This document shows positions 1-13,237 of a DNA stretch of 59,378 nt, piece after piece; positions within the stretch are counted from its first letter, which is position 1; each line of letters opens with the position of its first letter. Below the pieces are notes generated by a model. The model was not told the DNA's origin and searched no databases. It worked only from the letters and a program-made list of their open reading frames with translations. The DNA is taken from the NCBI GenBank assembly GCA_003427395.1, contig BFEA01000026.1:3020825-3080202 (forward strand), in the 5' to 3' direction. The stretch comes from Chara braunii. Lineage: Eukaryota; Plantae; Charophyceae. Both the position numbers and the translations under genes were made by a program.

Positions 1-18
1 GTGTGTGTGTGTGTGTGT

Positions 19-61
<43 letters not shown>

Positions 62-81
62 AAACAATCAATCAATCAATT

Positions 82-120
<39 letters not shown>

Positions 121-127
121 CCAATCA
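1..127. repeat. Compound microsatellite (GT)n-(GA)n-(CAAT)n
   Basis: Directly visible. Confidence 0.97.
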
Positions 128-1568
128 AGATCCTATCGGACCCGCACGCGAACCGACATCTTGGGGGGCTGAGGTCCCAAGCGCAACTCGTCGCCGGTCG
201 ACTAGGACGCATCCCACACACCATGCATACACCACTATAAAGAACATAAAAATAAAAACACCCACACCCACGCACGTACATATACATATACAGAACGACG
301 GTAAACAACAACGAGACAACACTCCTAGTCCCTTTGTAGCCATCCCATAACTCTCCAATGCGGAAATCGGATAGGCGTCGCGTGAGAGACTTAGTATAAG
401 ACCACGCGGACACAGGGCTAACTCATATCGATTCGCAATGCAAGCGCACGCAAGCGATCGCAATGGTGGCGTACTATGTAGTACCCATACTTATGCGATC
501 CTCGTTAATCTCGAGGGTCTCATTCGACACTCAAGTGTCGGCTGACACGCGCCTTGAAGGATTGATCTCTCGACGCTGGACGACCGCCAAGTGTGGTTGA
601 GAACCACATCCTCTTCTGCACCCTGCGGAGAGTGGGTGGTACACAGGTTCATACATGTGGTGACAATCCTTTCTTATCGCCCTGGAAACCAGCTCCATCA
701 TCAAGGACCTGGAGAGAAGTCAAGGGGTTTGACTTTGACGGTTGTCACGGACTACAACGTCCAACTATAAAAATCTCTAAAAAGCAAAGGATAAAAGGGG
801 AAATCCCCTTTCTCTCGAAAACATAATCTGTTTAACCCTTACGCGCGGTCATTGTGGGCCGCACGAAACACTCAAGACCTATATATATATATATATAGAT
901 AGATAGATATATAGGGTTAAAAATAAGTAACGATCACCTCTCACATTCATAGTGGGGCTCGTCTCAGCCATATATATATATATGTATGTGAGCGCAGGCA
1001 GTCAAATCCAAAGTTCGAATCACCAAACATACCTGCAATCACATCAAAGATTCAACCAAAATTCCATGCACTACATGGGGTGAACTTCAACCATTCTCTG
1101 CAGTCACACCCCTTACTTTGGTCATACAAGCCTCACTCTTGTGCAACTCTCAAAATAAAATACTCTGTACTGGCCATTCAAATAAAGTCCAGGTGAAAAC
1201 ACAACAAAACAGTTCAAATCACAAGGCTAAAGCCTTTAGGTTGATGGCAGGAGTGGATTTGAGTTGAATCGTAAACCGACGAGTCGGCAACCGACCTGTT
1301 ATCAGTGATAACAGAAGCTGATCCTTGTAGGATCAAGTTGAATCTTAGCCAAAATCCTGAATCAATCGATCAAGAAGACCTGTAACACAAGACACGCCAA
1401 TCCCCAAGCTAAATCTATAAGTCCATGGAGAATAATCCCCATATCACGATCTCACTCAAATCATCATAATTAACTAAGTTTAAGTCTATCTCCAAGTAAG
1501 TGTCAAAAAAAAGGTAAACCCTGGCAAAACCTCCTCTACACAGAGTGAATTTTCCAGAATCGCCACCT

Positions 1569-1900
1569 GTCAAAATATAATCTAACTCCTCTAAACTAAG
1601 AAAATTTCGGCAACGTTTCCCGTAGGAAAAGTGTCTTTCCAAAATTTATATCAGCCCGAATATGAAAACAGAAATAATTTTTCACTTTCCGAAGTCAAAT
1701 TTTGTCTAACTCTCTGAATTAGCAAGAATTTTGGCAGCACTCCCTTTAGAAAAGGAGACTTCCCAGATTTTTACTAAGCCATAAAAAATTTAGACAAGTT
1801 GAACTTTGAAAAGTCAAAAGTTGATTAACTCCTTGGATTTGCATAAATTTCAGCAGCGCTTCCGTAGAGAAAGTAGCTCACCAAAATTTATATAAAGCCA
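1569..1900. repeat. Three degenerate ~120-bp tandem units
   Basis: GTCAAA..TAACTC..AATTT(C/T)GGCAGC..TCCC..TAG.AAA..CC.(A/G)ATTT..AGCC recurs at about 1569, 1694 and 1813. Confidence 0.65.
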
Positions 1901-2631
1901 AGTATAACAAAAGATCCCAGAAAGAGCAGAAATTGATCTAAGTAAAAAAACTTAGCTCAGAAAATGCAGGAATTGAAACAAACTCCTATAACTCTAGCAT
2001 GTGGCGAGCGACTAAAGTAACTACCTATCAAACTGAAACTCAGACTAAGTAGTAGCCTCACTCAGTCACATGCAGGTCAAACCACAAAGGTAAGTACTAT
2101 CACCATCCCAAGTCAACTTATCAAACAATAGTTCATAGTCTCACAATGATTTATCCCTTTATACCCAGCTTACATAAGGCGTAAAGTCAGACCACCCAAA
2201 CTTATGGCACATGCCTTACTTAGCCAAGGTATACACAAACACAGAGCACAACAACTTTTCTCTTCTTTGGGCATATGACTAGGTTGTTCTAGTCGCCCTG
2301 AACTGATTAAATAGCCAAGTCATATATATCTCTCTAAACTTAATTTTCAAGGTGGGCGTAGGATTCAGCCATTCAATTTAGAAACAATGCTCAATCGGCC
2401 TTGCGAATCCTGCGACAGACCTGAAAAACGAAGACAAAAAAAAATTCAGAAAAAAAATACCGAGCAACGCACGTCAATCTCAAACGAGCACAAAAGAAAT
2501 CCATACACACGGATGACTCGATTTGAACATGGAATAAGTACAGAGTTTGACGATGCCACAAAAAGGTTTTCGTTGCAAAGCTCAAATAACGTCCGGATGA
2601 CCATTCATCACTTCCTCCATTGAAAGTATCC

Positions 2632-2632
<1 letters not shown>

Positions 2633-2668
<36 letters not shown>

Positions 2669-2675
2669 GTCGTCG

Positions 2676-2758
<83 letters not shown>
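2633..2758. repeat. (CAT)n/(CGTCAT)n microsatellite
   Basis: Directly visible; it explains the poly-D/H/S ORFs. Confidence 0.97.
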
Positions 2759-3009
2759 GGTTTCTTTATTCATTTTTTCATCAATCAGTAGTTATCTTTG
2801 TGTTGGTGGTTATATTATCATCTCCCAGATAGGTTATGACCTAGTTGGTAGGTAGGTTGGTCAGGAAGGGAGCGATACTCCGCAAGGGTAACACAAGGTG
2901 GGAGGTGATCGCCCTCCAGGGAGTAGACGCAAATGATGGGAGCTGACATGGGCTGGGGCGGGGAGATATGTATGGGGGAGCATTATCTCCTAGCGGAGGC
3001 AGACTAGAT

Positions 3010-3238
3010 CAGGGTGTTAGTTTTGAGGTACACCTTCTCAAAAAATACAGAGCAACTCAGCGACCATGTCCCCCATGATAAAAAATGGAAAAAAAAAATC
3101 CTGTTTTTCTGTTTATTTATTTTTTAAATAATTTGTTTAAATCGAATTTTGTTTTTCATTTTAAAATTTTTTTAAACGAAGTCGGATTCCAAAATAAAAA
3201 AAATACGATTGTAGGGTTTTCCAAGCCCTACAACCCTA
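3010..3238. mobile_element. Small hAT-like MITE candidate
   Basis: Imperfect inverted ends CAGGGTGTTAG ... CTACAACCCTA around an AT-rich core; no TSD seen. Confidence 0.4.
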
Positions 3239-3248
3239 TATATATATA

Positions 3249-3978
3249 CAGGGTACCTGGCGTTCGGGACGGGCCGAACACCCGAACCCGAACGCCCGAA
3301 CGTATGGGACCCCTTGGGGATGCGTTCGGCCGTTCGGGCCGAACGCGGATCAAAAAAAAAAAAAAAACGTCATCAAAAAAATCTGAAAAAAAGATATGTT
3401 ATGGAGAAAAATAAAATAAACAAGATTTTCCTGACCATTACATTCGAATTCCTTGCCAAATTTGAAATAAAAATGAAATACGGAAAACAAATACTAATAA
3501 TAAAAATAAATAAAAATAAAAAGAGAGTCAAATTTAGTGAGTGCGCAAACATGTTTTCGACACCGCCGTCTTTGGCGATTTTTCATTTTTTTTTGGCATA
3601 GCTAAATTCCCTGAAAATTTACAGATGTGTACTTCACATAATACAAAATTACCTTAAAAAGTTTCAAAAAATAATAAAATTGTTTAGAAATCGAACTAAA
3701 GTGAAAACAAAAAGTAAAAAGTGAAAAAATACGTGGGCGAGCACGTTTTGACACTGCCATCTTTGGCGATTTTTAATTATTATCTGGCTCAGCGAAATGA
3801 TTTGAAAATTTACAGGCATGTACCTCACGTTATAGAAAACTCACAAAAAAACATTCAGAAAAAAATAATTATGCTTAGGCCCCAAAATAATTTTTTGCGG
3901 GCGCCGAACGTTGTCGGGTTCGGACCCCGTACGGGACCCCGAACGCCCATACGTACGGAGGTCTGCCCGGGGACCTCC
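3249..3978. mobile_element. MITE with CCGAAC subterminal repeats
   Basis: Starts CAGGGTACC, has CCGAAC/GTTCGG clusters at both ends, and its AT-rich core is shared with elements at 20.3, 26.3 and 29.3 kb. Confidence 0.6.
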
Positions 3979-4309
3979 GCTCTCCCCGTGGCACTGTGAT
4001 GATTCTTCAAGTAGGACCAACGTTCTCCGCACTTTGGTCTCCACGGGGCTGACTCCACTTTCCTCCACCGACATCGACTTTCGTCAACTCGCATGAGCTC
4101 TCCAACCTCTTTAAAGGTCTTGGCTATGGAGTACTTCATGTGAAAAACACAAGGAAAATGTTCAAACGGCAGCTGCCGCTACCATTCTCCCTTTTCCTTT
4201 GTGCCTCAGGCCAGATGCCACGTCAGCCTGTGACGTAGTAATGACCCAGCGCCTGTGGATACCGCGCGTGCGTCAAGCGCTAACCACCATCTACTTCACA
4301 ACATCACAG

Positions 4310-4645
4310 CACTCTCGCACCAGCGCCTCCCTCCCGTCGGCTGCCAGCACCGCGCCGCGTGTCAGCTAGCATGTTACTAGTCACCACAAGCCAGCGCCTC
4401 GCCAGTCGCAAGTCACCAGCGCCCCACCACTCATCTGTTGCCAGCGCCTCGCCCCCCGCCAGCAGCCAGCGCCTCGCTGCACTCACACAGCCAGCGCCTC
4501 GCCACTCGCGAGAATCCAGCGCCTCACAACCTGAGAGAAGCCAGCGGCCCGCCACCTCCGACCAGCCAGCGCCTCGCCTGCAAGCAACCAGCATGCCACC
4601 ATCCGCATGCCGCGGCGGCCCGGCGCCTGCCAGCTATAGCGCTCG
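4310..4645. repeat. GC-rich degenerate repeat of CCAGCGCCTC
   Basis: The motif recurs about 10 times at irregular spacing. Confidence 0.7.
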
Positions 4646-5159
4646 CCGCTATCTGTTTTTTTTCACCTCACCGTCTAATGCTTGCTTTTAGAGTCTGGAC
4701 GAATCAAGAATAATGGCAGAAGGAAGAAAGAAATAAGGGCGGACGAGGCATGTTTTGAAACCCTAAAGGCAAAAAAAACTTGTGCTGGCAAAGAAACCAC
4801 GCGCCAACTTTAAATGAGCTATTGCGGTCCAAAAGTATCCATTGGCCTTTTTTTTTTTTTTTTTTTTCCCTCTGACACCACGGCCGAGCCCTGTAAATAA
4901 ATATGACACCCGGTCTGACACCATGGCAGTTGGTACTTTCGTTGCCTTTTCAAACTCGGCGCGGTTTTCTTGGCTGACGCATGTTTTTTTTGCCCATTCG
5001 ATACTTAAAGGTGACATGAACGTACTTACCCCAAAAAAGAAAGCTTCAGCACTCGCTGGATACCAGTGGAAAACGACAGGCCTACCAAAGCAAATTGGAT
5101 AGGAACCAAGAACATTTTGCAAACGTTCGTGGCTTGCTAGGGAGGTCATTTTTTCTTGT

Positions 5160-6515
5160 GAATTTCAGGGCAGAGTGAGGAATATGATCATTTGGCCAAT
5201 GGGATGGTAGAGCCCTCGTACAGAGGTCGAGGCTAAGTCAGATGCCATCATTGCCATTCTTCTACAGATCTTTTCTTAGCAGACAGCACCCTGCAGAACA
5301 TCAAATTCATTTTAGCAACGGCGTCCATTGGATCACCCATGATCTGATGGACAGAGCACAACATCGCTTTTTGCTTTCATGTCCGATGTCGGAAATGCAG
5401 TCGTACACCTGTCATGCCCACCGGCAACTGTAGAAACCACTTGCCAGTCACGGCGGGAACTGTCTCCTGAGGGGGCTTTAGGTTGCAGTTCAGAATCTTC
5501 ACGGCATTTGCTACAAAGGGCTGACTTTTGCCATGTGATTGCGGTCCTCTGATATTGCTACAAAGACCTAAAAAGTAACCGCTCTCTCCTATATGTGCGT
5601 ACTGTGGAATGACGCCTTCAAGGCATTGGGCTACCATATCATAGGGTGACATCTTATCGCAGGGTGTTGTTTGAGGGGACAATATCTTCAAGGCGAGGGC
5701 GGGTCAAGTGCCCGGTATTTTCATTATATCTATCTTGAGCCACCATTACTTCCAAGCCACGTTTTCCCAGGGCTCGAAACACTCTGCAAGCCCAAAAAAA
5801 CGGACGGCAAAGGCCTTTGTGTGCTGAAACCTTCTTTTCTCACTGATGGGACGTTGGTGTCAAAATAGGCACCCCATTCGGATGTAACTGCAGCAATTAA
5901 AAAAGAAAAGAAAGGGCTATATCTCGATCGGGAATCTGACAATAACTGATACATTTGGCACTAATATGGAAACTGCAGGCGCGACATTTGGGAATGAGGG
6001 CCCCAAAGACAAGGTGTGGGGCTGTGCCAGAAGTTTTCGTGTTGAGGATACGGGAGGCGCGGCATTTGGAACTATGGAAACTGCAGGCGCGACCCACTCC
6101 AGAACAATCCCCCACCTGCTCACGAGCGTAAAGAACACAACTTTGGCTTCCGGCAAGTAACGCAAGAGATAATAGACCTCAACGCCTAGCAGTTGGAGGT
6201 GTGAGGTCTCGTAGAGACTGGGTATTGAGGATATGGGAGGCTGAGTCGTGTTGAGCTGCTGAATGTCACTAAGGCAGTTTGGTTTCAGGCTGAAGGCTTC
6301 TATGGATAGAAGGCTTGAGTTTTTTTTCTATAGCTCCTCTGAGTCATGATTTTTGCTTGAATTTTGCTGAGAATTTCTAGTACTTGAATTCGTAGTCGAA
6401 ACCGGGTAATGGCCCCGGTAACTCATATGTTGTAAGATTCTGATGGGACGCTGGGCCTGGTTCCCAGCACGAATAGACTGGAGCAATTGTCCAAAAAAGA
6501 AAAAAAAGAAAAAAA
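5160..6515 (+). mobile_element. Decayed 5'-truncated LINE 3' end
   Basis: PLSPICAYCG at ~5580 resembles the zf-RVT segment of other copies. Shared 3' motif at 6445-6485 and an A-rich tail at 6493-6517. The 5' boundary is uncertain. Confidence 0.6.
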
Positions 6516-6519
6516 AGAG

Positions 6520-7050
6520 CACCTTGCAGTCCAAATCATCATGAGCACCGGCAGTCGTGTGTACTCGAACAGATTGAGAGCAAAGGGGGTCCATTGCTGG
6601 AAGGCTCTTGGCTTGAGGTCCAGCAGAATGGAGACACATACCAGGGCAAGTGGTTTCCTACCCGAGAATGCCAGGCAGCATCCCACCATCTCCATATCTG
6701 TACGGCCATAGGGCATGATAGCAAACAGTGTCCCAAGGTTGCCCTCATCTTGGGTGTTGAATGGCCACAGTATGAGCACAGGGGTGAAAGGAGACCTCGT
6801 TGTTCCACGTCTGAGTGTGACACTAGTCAGTCTCGTGTAAGGAGACAGCGGTGTGTGATTTGCCACTGCAGGGCTCTCATGTTCGCAGGCATAATTTTGG
6901 TGTGTTTGTGCCAGGTGAAGTTGGAGAGATCTCCATCTGTGATAAGAGAGTCTCTTTCCCATCTGTTCTTCACCACTTCCTCGGCTGGGGCCCTAGCATG
7001 GCAGTGTCGGTAACCTTTATCACCCTCCTTAGTGGGGCCCAGCCCCGAAG
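6520..7050 (-). pseudogene. LINE ORF2 C-terminal (zf-RVT) fragment
   Basis: RWERDS..RALQWQITHRC..SPLCSYCG..TLGHCLLSCPMAVQIWRWWD, homologous to 47538-47918 and 59040-59378. Confidence 0.9.
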
Positions 7051-7069
7051 CTGCAAACGAAAAAGAAAA

Positions 7070-7263
7070 GGGGTAAGTTCAGTAGAGTCACAAAAATGAG
7101 TTATAATTGCACTATGGGGGAAGATACAGTTTGCAATTGCACTTCGGGCACTCGACCTGGCCAGAAAGCTGGGTTGTATATATTGCCCGAACTCCAATTC
7201 GAAACTGTATCTTGGCCATCGTGCAATTATAACTCATTTTTGTGACTCCCGCCTAGTTTTCCC
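7070..7263. mobile_element. Palindromic MITE family B, copy 1
   Basis: GGGG..GAGTCACAAAAATGAGTTATAATTGCAC ... GTGCAATTATAACTCATTTTTGTGACTC..CCC. Other copies at 29834 and 41504. Confidence 0.85.
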
Positions 7264-8232
7264 AAAAAAGGAAGGAAAAAAAAAAGAGGAGGAGACCAGT
7301 TTGCCAGGGGCGAGCCAAAACGGTTACTGCCTGTCCTAAATCGGTGAGGGGCACTGAGAAGCGACACAGATAGCATTTATGCTCTATGTGCGCTCATCTT
7401 TTTTCCCTTTCTACTCCGAGCAGATGCGCGGGAAATCGAGCTCTTGGCACTGCGGTACGCACCGATACCACACCTTTTTGCTATAGCTATGGCTTCCAGG
7501 GATAAGATGATGCAGGGATATTGGACTGATCAGATGATTCAGAGAAGACATGTAACAGACACAGTGACGGGGTGGCCGCAGCGCTACTGCGAGCGCTGCG
7601 CTGCGCCCCGTCCCGTGTTGTGATATCACACAGGTGGGCCGTGGTGACGGCGTGCGGCGGCGATGGTGACCATCTCTTCTGCAAACCAGGCGCTTAGCGC
7701 ACGCGCAGGTGACCAAAGGTGCTTAACCATGCCACATCACAGGCGGATGTGGCAGACGGTCTAACTCCCATTGGTTTCTTTCTTCTGGGTGTTCCACATT
7801 TAACTCCATTGCCGCTGCGTTGTTGCACGTGGCATATGGCCTGAGAGGCGTTGGCTATGTCGACGCCTGTGGAGTACCAGTGGAGTCAGCCCTTGGTAAA
7901 CTGAAATGCCAGTGCAGTGGCGACTGCCATCATAAGGAAGTGGGTGCGTCTGCAAAATCTGGGTGCCGCTCGTCATCAGCAACAGGGCACTGATCAATGA
8001 TCATCACCAACACCATCATCAACAGGGTGCGGTCCGACACCATCATCACGTTAATGGTTCCTCATTATCATCAGGGTGCTGCTCGTCATCATCATCATCA
8101 TCGACAGGGCGTGGACATCATCATCACGGTAATGGTCCGTCTGACTTCGTCATCATCATCAGGGTGCATCTTCACCAATCAGAAGAAGGGTATATTCAGC
8201 GAGATGTTCTTCACCAAGGGATATTAAAGGGA

Positions 8233-8279
<47 letters not shown>

Positions 8280-9629
8280 CAATGATCATCGTATGTGAGT
8301 GTGGAAGGATTAAGAGGATAGCACTATGAGGGAGTGCAATATCGAAGACCCTCTCACTTTTTGTACCTTTCTTCACCCTTCCTCTCTTCACTTGATATCA
8401 TCCTCTCCGCCTTCTTTTCTCCCAGCTTCACACCCTTATTCTCCTTGCCCTTCCCTCTCTCCACATTATCTGCCTTCTTCCTCTGATCACTATTTTCCCT
8501 CTGCTTTACTTTCTGCTGCTCTGTGATCCGGTAGGTGCTCATGTTTTCTTCATTTTACAATCCGGTAGGTGCTTGTCTCCCTTTTTTTTTTTTCTTCAAT
8601 CTATTTTCTTTAAACCTAATTGGAAACTCCTTTAAACTATTCTCCTAATCCCTACTTCTAATTAGTATCCTCCAAAACTAACTAATCAACATCCAATCAT
8701 CATCCATATCATCATCCTAATAACCAATCTACTCTTCCAACTACAGAAATATCCTAATCAAACATCCAATCATCATCCATATCATCCTAATAACCAATCT
8801 AAATAACATTCCGAATATTCCAGAATCATCGTAACTCTCAACGGTATTCCTTAATACCTAAATTCCTAAATTTTGAATCTCTGAATCTCCAAATCTGTAT
8901 CTGCACTCTTCATGTTTTTATTTTTGCTGCATTCGCTTCCATACTTGCTCTTTTCTAATTCTATTTCAGAAACCTGGTCTTTAAAATGTCTCCCGTGGAG
9001 ATTCCCTTGGTTTGAAATTCCAGGTTTTTTTTTGATAACCGTATTCTTGCTCTCTGTGCATTGACGTTTTTTCTTATGGATGGAAGGTTCACGTAACAGG
9101 GAACAGCTCCACTCTGCAGGGCCGATGCAAGGTGGAAAGTGAAGCCCTGGAGGGGTTGTGAGCAGATTTAGGGGGTTGCCATATTCTAGGGTTGGGGTGG
9201 GGGTACACATCCCAGGGGGGGCAGATTAGGGTAAAGGGTGGGCAGAGGCATACTTTGGGAGGGAACTGTATGCCTTTGCGGGATAGAGGGGGGGAATGTG
9301 GGTCTGTCCCAAGTTGGGGCTGAGATGGGCTGCCAGCAATCTGGGTAATCCGTTTCGGTGGAGGCAATGTTGGGATAGGATGGGAAAGGAGGGGGGGGGG
9401 GCAAGATTTCTTCAATCTTTGGTGTAACGTGCACTAAAGATCCATCAACATCTTCTTAATAAGGCTTTTTTTTTTCCCCCTGCTGGAAACCAGGTCCAGC
9501 GTCCCATTGATACATCTTTTTTGCTGAGAATCAGGCTGAGCGTCCTTTGGAAGTACATAGGTGAAAAAGAAAATGAGAAAATGAGAAAACCATGATCATA
9601 AGACAGTCCGAGAAAAGTCTCGTTGCACC

Positions 9630-9747
9630 AATAGAAGGTGCCACTGGGGGGCACCAATAGGGGGCTCCTTCCATTTCCTTGAGGCCTAGCTTGGGAAATA
9701 GAAGGTGCCACTGGGGGGCACCAATAGGGGGCTCCTTCCATTTCCTT
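9630..9747. repeat. Tandem duplication of a ~50-bp unit in the LINE 3'UTR
   Basis: AATAGAAGGTGCCACTGGGGGGCACCAATAGGGGGCTCCTTCCATTTCCTTG occurs twice. Confidence 0.9.
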
Positions 9748-12700
9748 GCCTGGCCCCAATTCTCACTGTGCTCTCCTCGTATATGCGCTGGAAACTGGGC
9801 CCAGTGTTCTTTTGAGGCTTCATTGTCGTTTCTCGATTTTCTGAAGTCTTTCAGAATTCCTGGAAGATGCTCGGTTTCACTGTAGATGGCATAGATCAGG
9901 TACTTGGGCCACATGACCCAGATGGATGAGGCAGGTGGCGCTTGGGTACTTAAGTAGTGTCCCGGGGCAGCAACTCAGGTGACGTTTCCTCCAGGGCCAA
10001 AGGATGGGGGGGGAAGGGGTCAGCGAATTCCTGGGCTGGCCGTAACGGCTCCCCAGGGTCAACCTTTGTCCACTCATGAAAATGCAGCTGGTAGTCCCTT
10101 TCAATCTCTACCTGTTGCCCCCTTTGCGGTCCCATCTCCTCCTCCTGTTGATGCTTTCGTTGGTGTTCCTGTTGCTGGACCAGTCGCCGTTCTTGCCCAT
10201 CCCTTGCCCAGCTCACCTTTGCCACCCAGCCCTCCCTCTTCCTTCCCAACCAATCTTCACAAAACTGAGAAATGATTCTATTGATATCGCCCTGGTGTGT
10301 ACTTGGTTCAACTTTTCCTTAGCCGCCCGCCACTGGGCTGTTATCTCATACTGTACTAGTAGCCGTAGTTGCTCCGTCACCTCCCCATCTTGCACCCTTG
10401 CTCCCTCTATTTCCATAATGCACCTTCTCCACCATATTACCCACAAAACGGCGCGTCTACCTAGGCAACACATGTTCTGTTTGAATGTGTTACCTCGAAT
10501 CTGGGGGTAATGTCCCAGAAGTATGACCCTTCATTCCCATGGCCATAATGAGCCAGGCACCAGGTGCCTCCAAATCCTGTCCCACCACCTCTATAGCAAT
10601 TCGGCTGCGGGGCACTGAAGGAAAATGTGTTTTATCGTTTCGGAGCGCTTTTTTTCGAGGTAGCTCTGGAGGCATCTACGGCACCATGGCAGTGCCCGCC
10701 CCTGTTGCTCCAATTGTGTGTGCTCTATCAGCCAATCGTTGGTCGGCAGACACCGGTGTGCAATTTGCCACTGCAGGGCGGAATTTTTTACCGGCCTCTT
10801 TCCATATTCTCTGAACCACCTTATGGGTTTGAGCAGGCCACGGTCTATGTTGAGATGACGATACCATCTGTCTTCGTCGACGTCTCGCAGTTTGCATTTA
10901 GATTTGAGCATTCGGTATACTGACTTGGTTTTTAACTTGGATAGTGCTATCATCTTCACCTTTCCCTCTCTTCTCGAATCTCGAGTTTATCGGGTCTTTC
11001 CGGGACCAACGCCACTCGTCAGGATCGAAGGGGAGATCCTCAATCATGGTCATTGGCCAATAGGCCCTCCAACCCCTTCCCTCGTCAATCACTCTGACAC
11101 GATATACTTCCTTTTTCTTTTTCTAGGTGAAAGGTTGTCAGCTCCCTCGTAGTTGACTGTTCTCCTGGATGGAAAAACCTTCGATCAACACTTGCGTTTG
11201 GTCTACCAAATGCACTTGCCCTACTTGTTTTTCATGGCCAAGTAGCCCTACCCAGTCTCCTTTTTCCAAGCAAGGGCCCTTCCTAAGGATGATATACCAA
11301 TGGAGGGGGGAGCTATCAATGAGCTCGTCCAGTGTAAACTCTGTGAAGTGGCAATACCGCAACCATCTACACATTCTTTCTGCACTCTTCCATTTCCCCG
11401 CGTCCGTGTCCCAGAGGTCTCCCACTCTTTGGGCCCCGCGTTTCACCCATCCCTTCCATGGAGAGTCCGAACTATACCTCACTTGGTCGAAGGGGTCCGT
11501 AAGCAGCCTGTTACTAAACTGGGGCTGTCTGAATATTTCCTCCCACCTTTCCGGTGTCGATCGATATGGAGGGGGGAGTCTTGTCCATGTTCGTAGGAGG
11601 CGTAACCACTGCGCGTCTGTGGGGTCCCCATTCCTGTACTTCCTTATAGCCTCCAATACCTATCTTCGAGCCACACCACAGGGTCAGTCTCAGGTGGGGC
11701 CTTTGGGGCCAGGGCCGCGATTTGTGTCAAAGCTAGGGGACCCAGGGGGAGGGTGATGAGAAAATGAGGTGTTGGAGCCAACGAAAGCTGAGGGTCTGGA
11801 ACTGCATGGAGGGGTCCACAATTCCCAACGCCCCTCCGACCTTGGGCTGAATATCCGATTCCGATGCAACCCGACTAATGGCGTGGGGGTTGCCACTATC
11901 CCCTCTCCATAGGAAGGCCACCAGCTGTCACTTCAGCGTCTGGAGCCCTTCGTTGCTCATGGGCCATAATATGGCCTTGTACCAGAGTGTGGCTAGTACA
12001 AGATTATTGATGACAAGGGTCCACCCAAAGATTGATGTATGCTTGTTGTTCCACCCCGTGAGCTTGGACTGTGCTGGCCCCGCCAACCACTCGTCATTGG
12101 TGACGGGCTTGCCCTTTGTTGTAACTAACGCCCCCATAATTTTGAGAGGGTCGTATGGGGGGAGCCAAGTGATTCGCGGGTTTTCAAAGGGCCTTCCCCC
12201 TTGGTGATGTAACCACCAACCTACGGTCTTTTGGCCCCAATTCACGGCTATATCTGACATTCAGTAGAACCGGTTCATAAGGTTCCGGATTTCTTCAATA
12301 TTTTGTGCATTTGTCTCCACCATAATAGTGAGGTCATTCGCAAAAGGGAGCAGATCGGCAATGCCTCCTCCAGGATGTCAGCGATTCTGATCCGTGTGAG
12401 GTCTTTAATTGTGTCTCTGGTTAGCGGATAGGGTCTCCATTATAACCAAGAAGAGGTAGGGGGCAATAGGGTCCCCTTGTTTGACCGACTGTTGGAGCTC
12501 AAATGCAGTTGTTACTGACCCGTTAACATGCACACATGTAGTGACATTGCTATGTAGAAACCTTACCTAGCGCCTGAAGGCAGGTATTAAGTTCATTTTG
12601 TCTAAACATTTGTCTAAAAAGTCCCAGTCGACGTTATCATAGGCTTTTTCAAAATCAATAAAAATAATAGTCGCGTTTGTCCGGTTCCTTTATGCCAGTT

Positions 12701-12883
12701 TGACCACTCCATTTACCAGCAGTATGTTCTCCTTTATTTTCCTACCAGGCATGAACCCTGTCTGGGCTGAGAGTATTACGTCTTCCAAGATCCCGGTCAT
12801 ATGATTGGCTAAGGCTTTGGAGAACATTTTGTAGACTATTATAAGGAGGGTGATAGGTCTGTAGCTCCTAATATTCATCTTAT

Positions 12884-13237
12884 AACGACCATTTCGTCAA
12901 AGTGAACATTTTTTATTTTTTTAACGAAATTGAAATCGAGTTTTTTGGTCGAAAACTCGTCAAGATTTTTTATTCCTGAGGGTCCATCCTGCGTTCGTAA
13001 AACGCTGGACCCCCTGGTTGTACATGGACCTAGCTTGAGACCATACACCTCCAGGCATGACCGTCTGGAGGTACTTGGTCTCAAACTAGGTCCATGTACA
13101 GCCAGGGGGTTTAGCATTTTACAAACGCCGGACCCTCATGAATAACAAATTTTGACCGTCATGGTTTTTTTGCCAAACAACTCGGTTTCTAGTTCGTTCA
13201 AAAAATAAAAGATGTCAATTTTGACGAAATGACAGTT
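12884..13237. mobile_element. Foldback MITE family A, copy 1, 4-bp TSD TTAT
   Basis: Near-complete palindrome with ends AACGACCATTTCGTC / GACGAAATGACAGTT. TTAT at 12880-12883 and 13238-13241. It interrupts the LINE RT between LLYKK and NIRSYRP. Confidence 0.92.

Noticed and set aside
2582-2832. Poly-His/Asp/Ser ORFs (also at 8.0 and 33 kb)
   Set aside because: They are translations of (CAT)n microsatellites.
6400-6485. HDV-like ribozyme at the LINE 3' motif (ATGGGAC, CGAA)
   Set aside because: The nested P1/P2/P3/P1.1 pseudoknot could not be built; simple hairpins explain the pairing.
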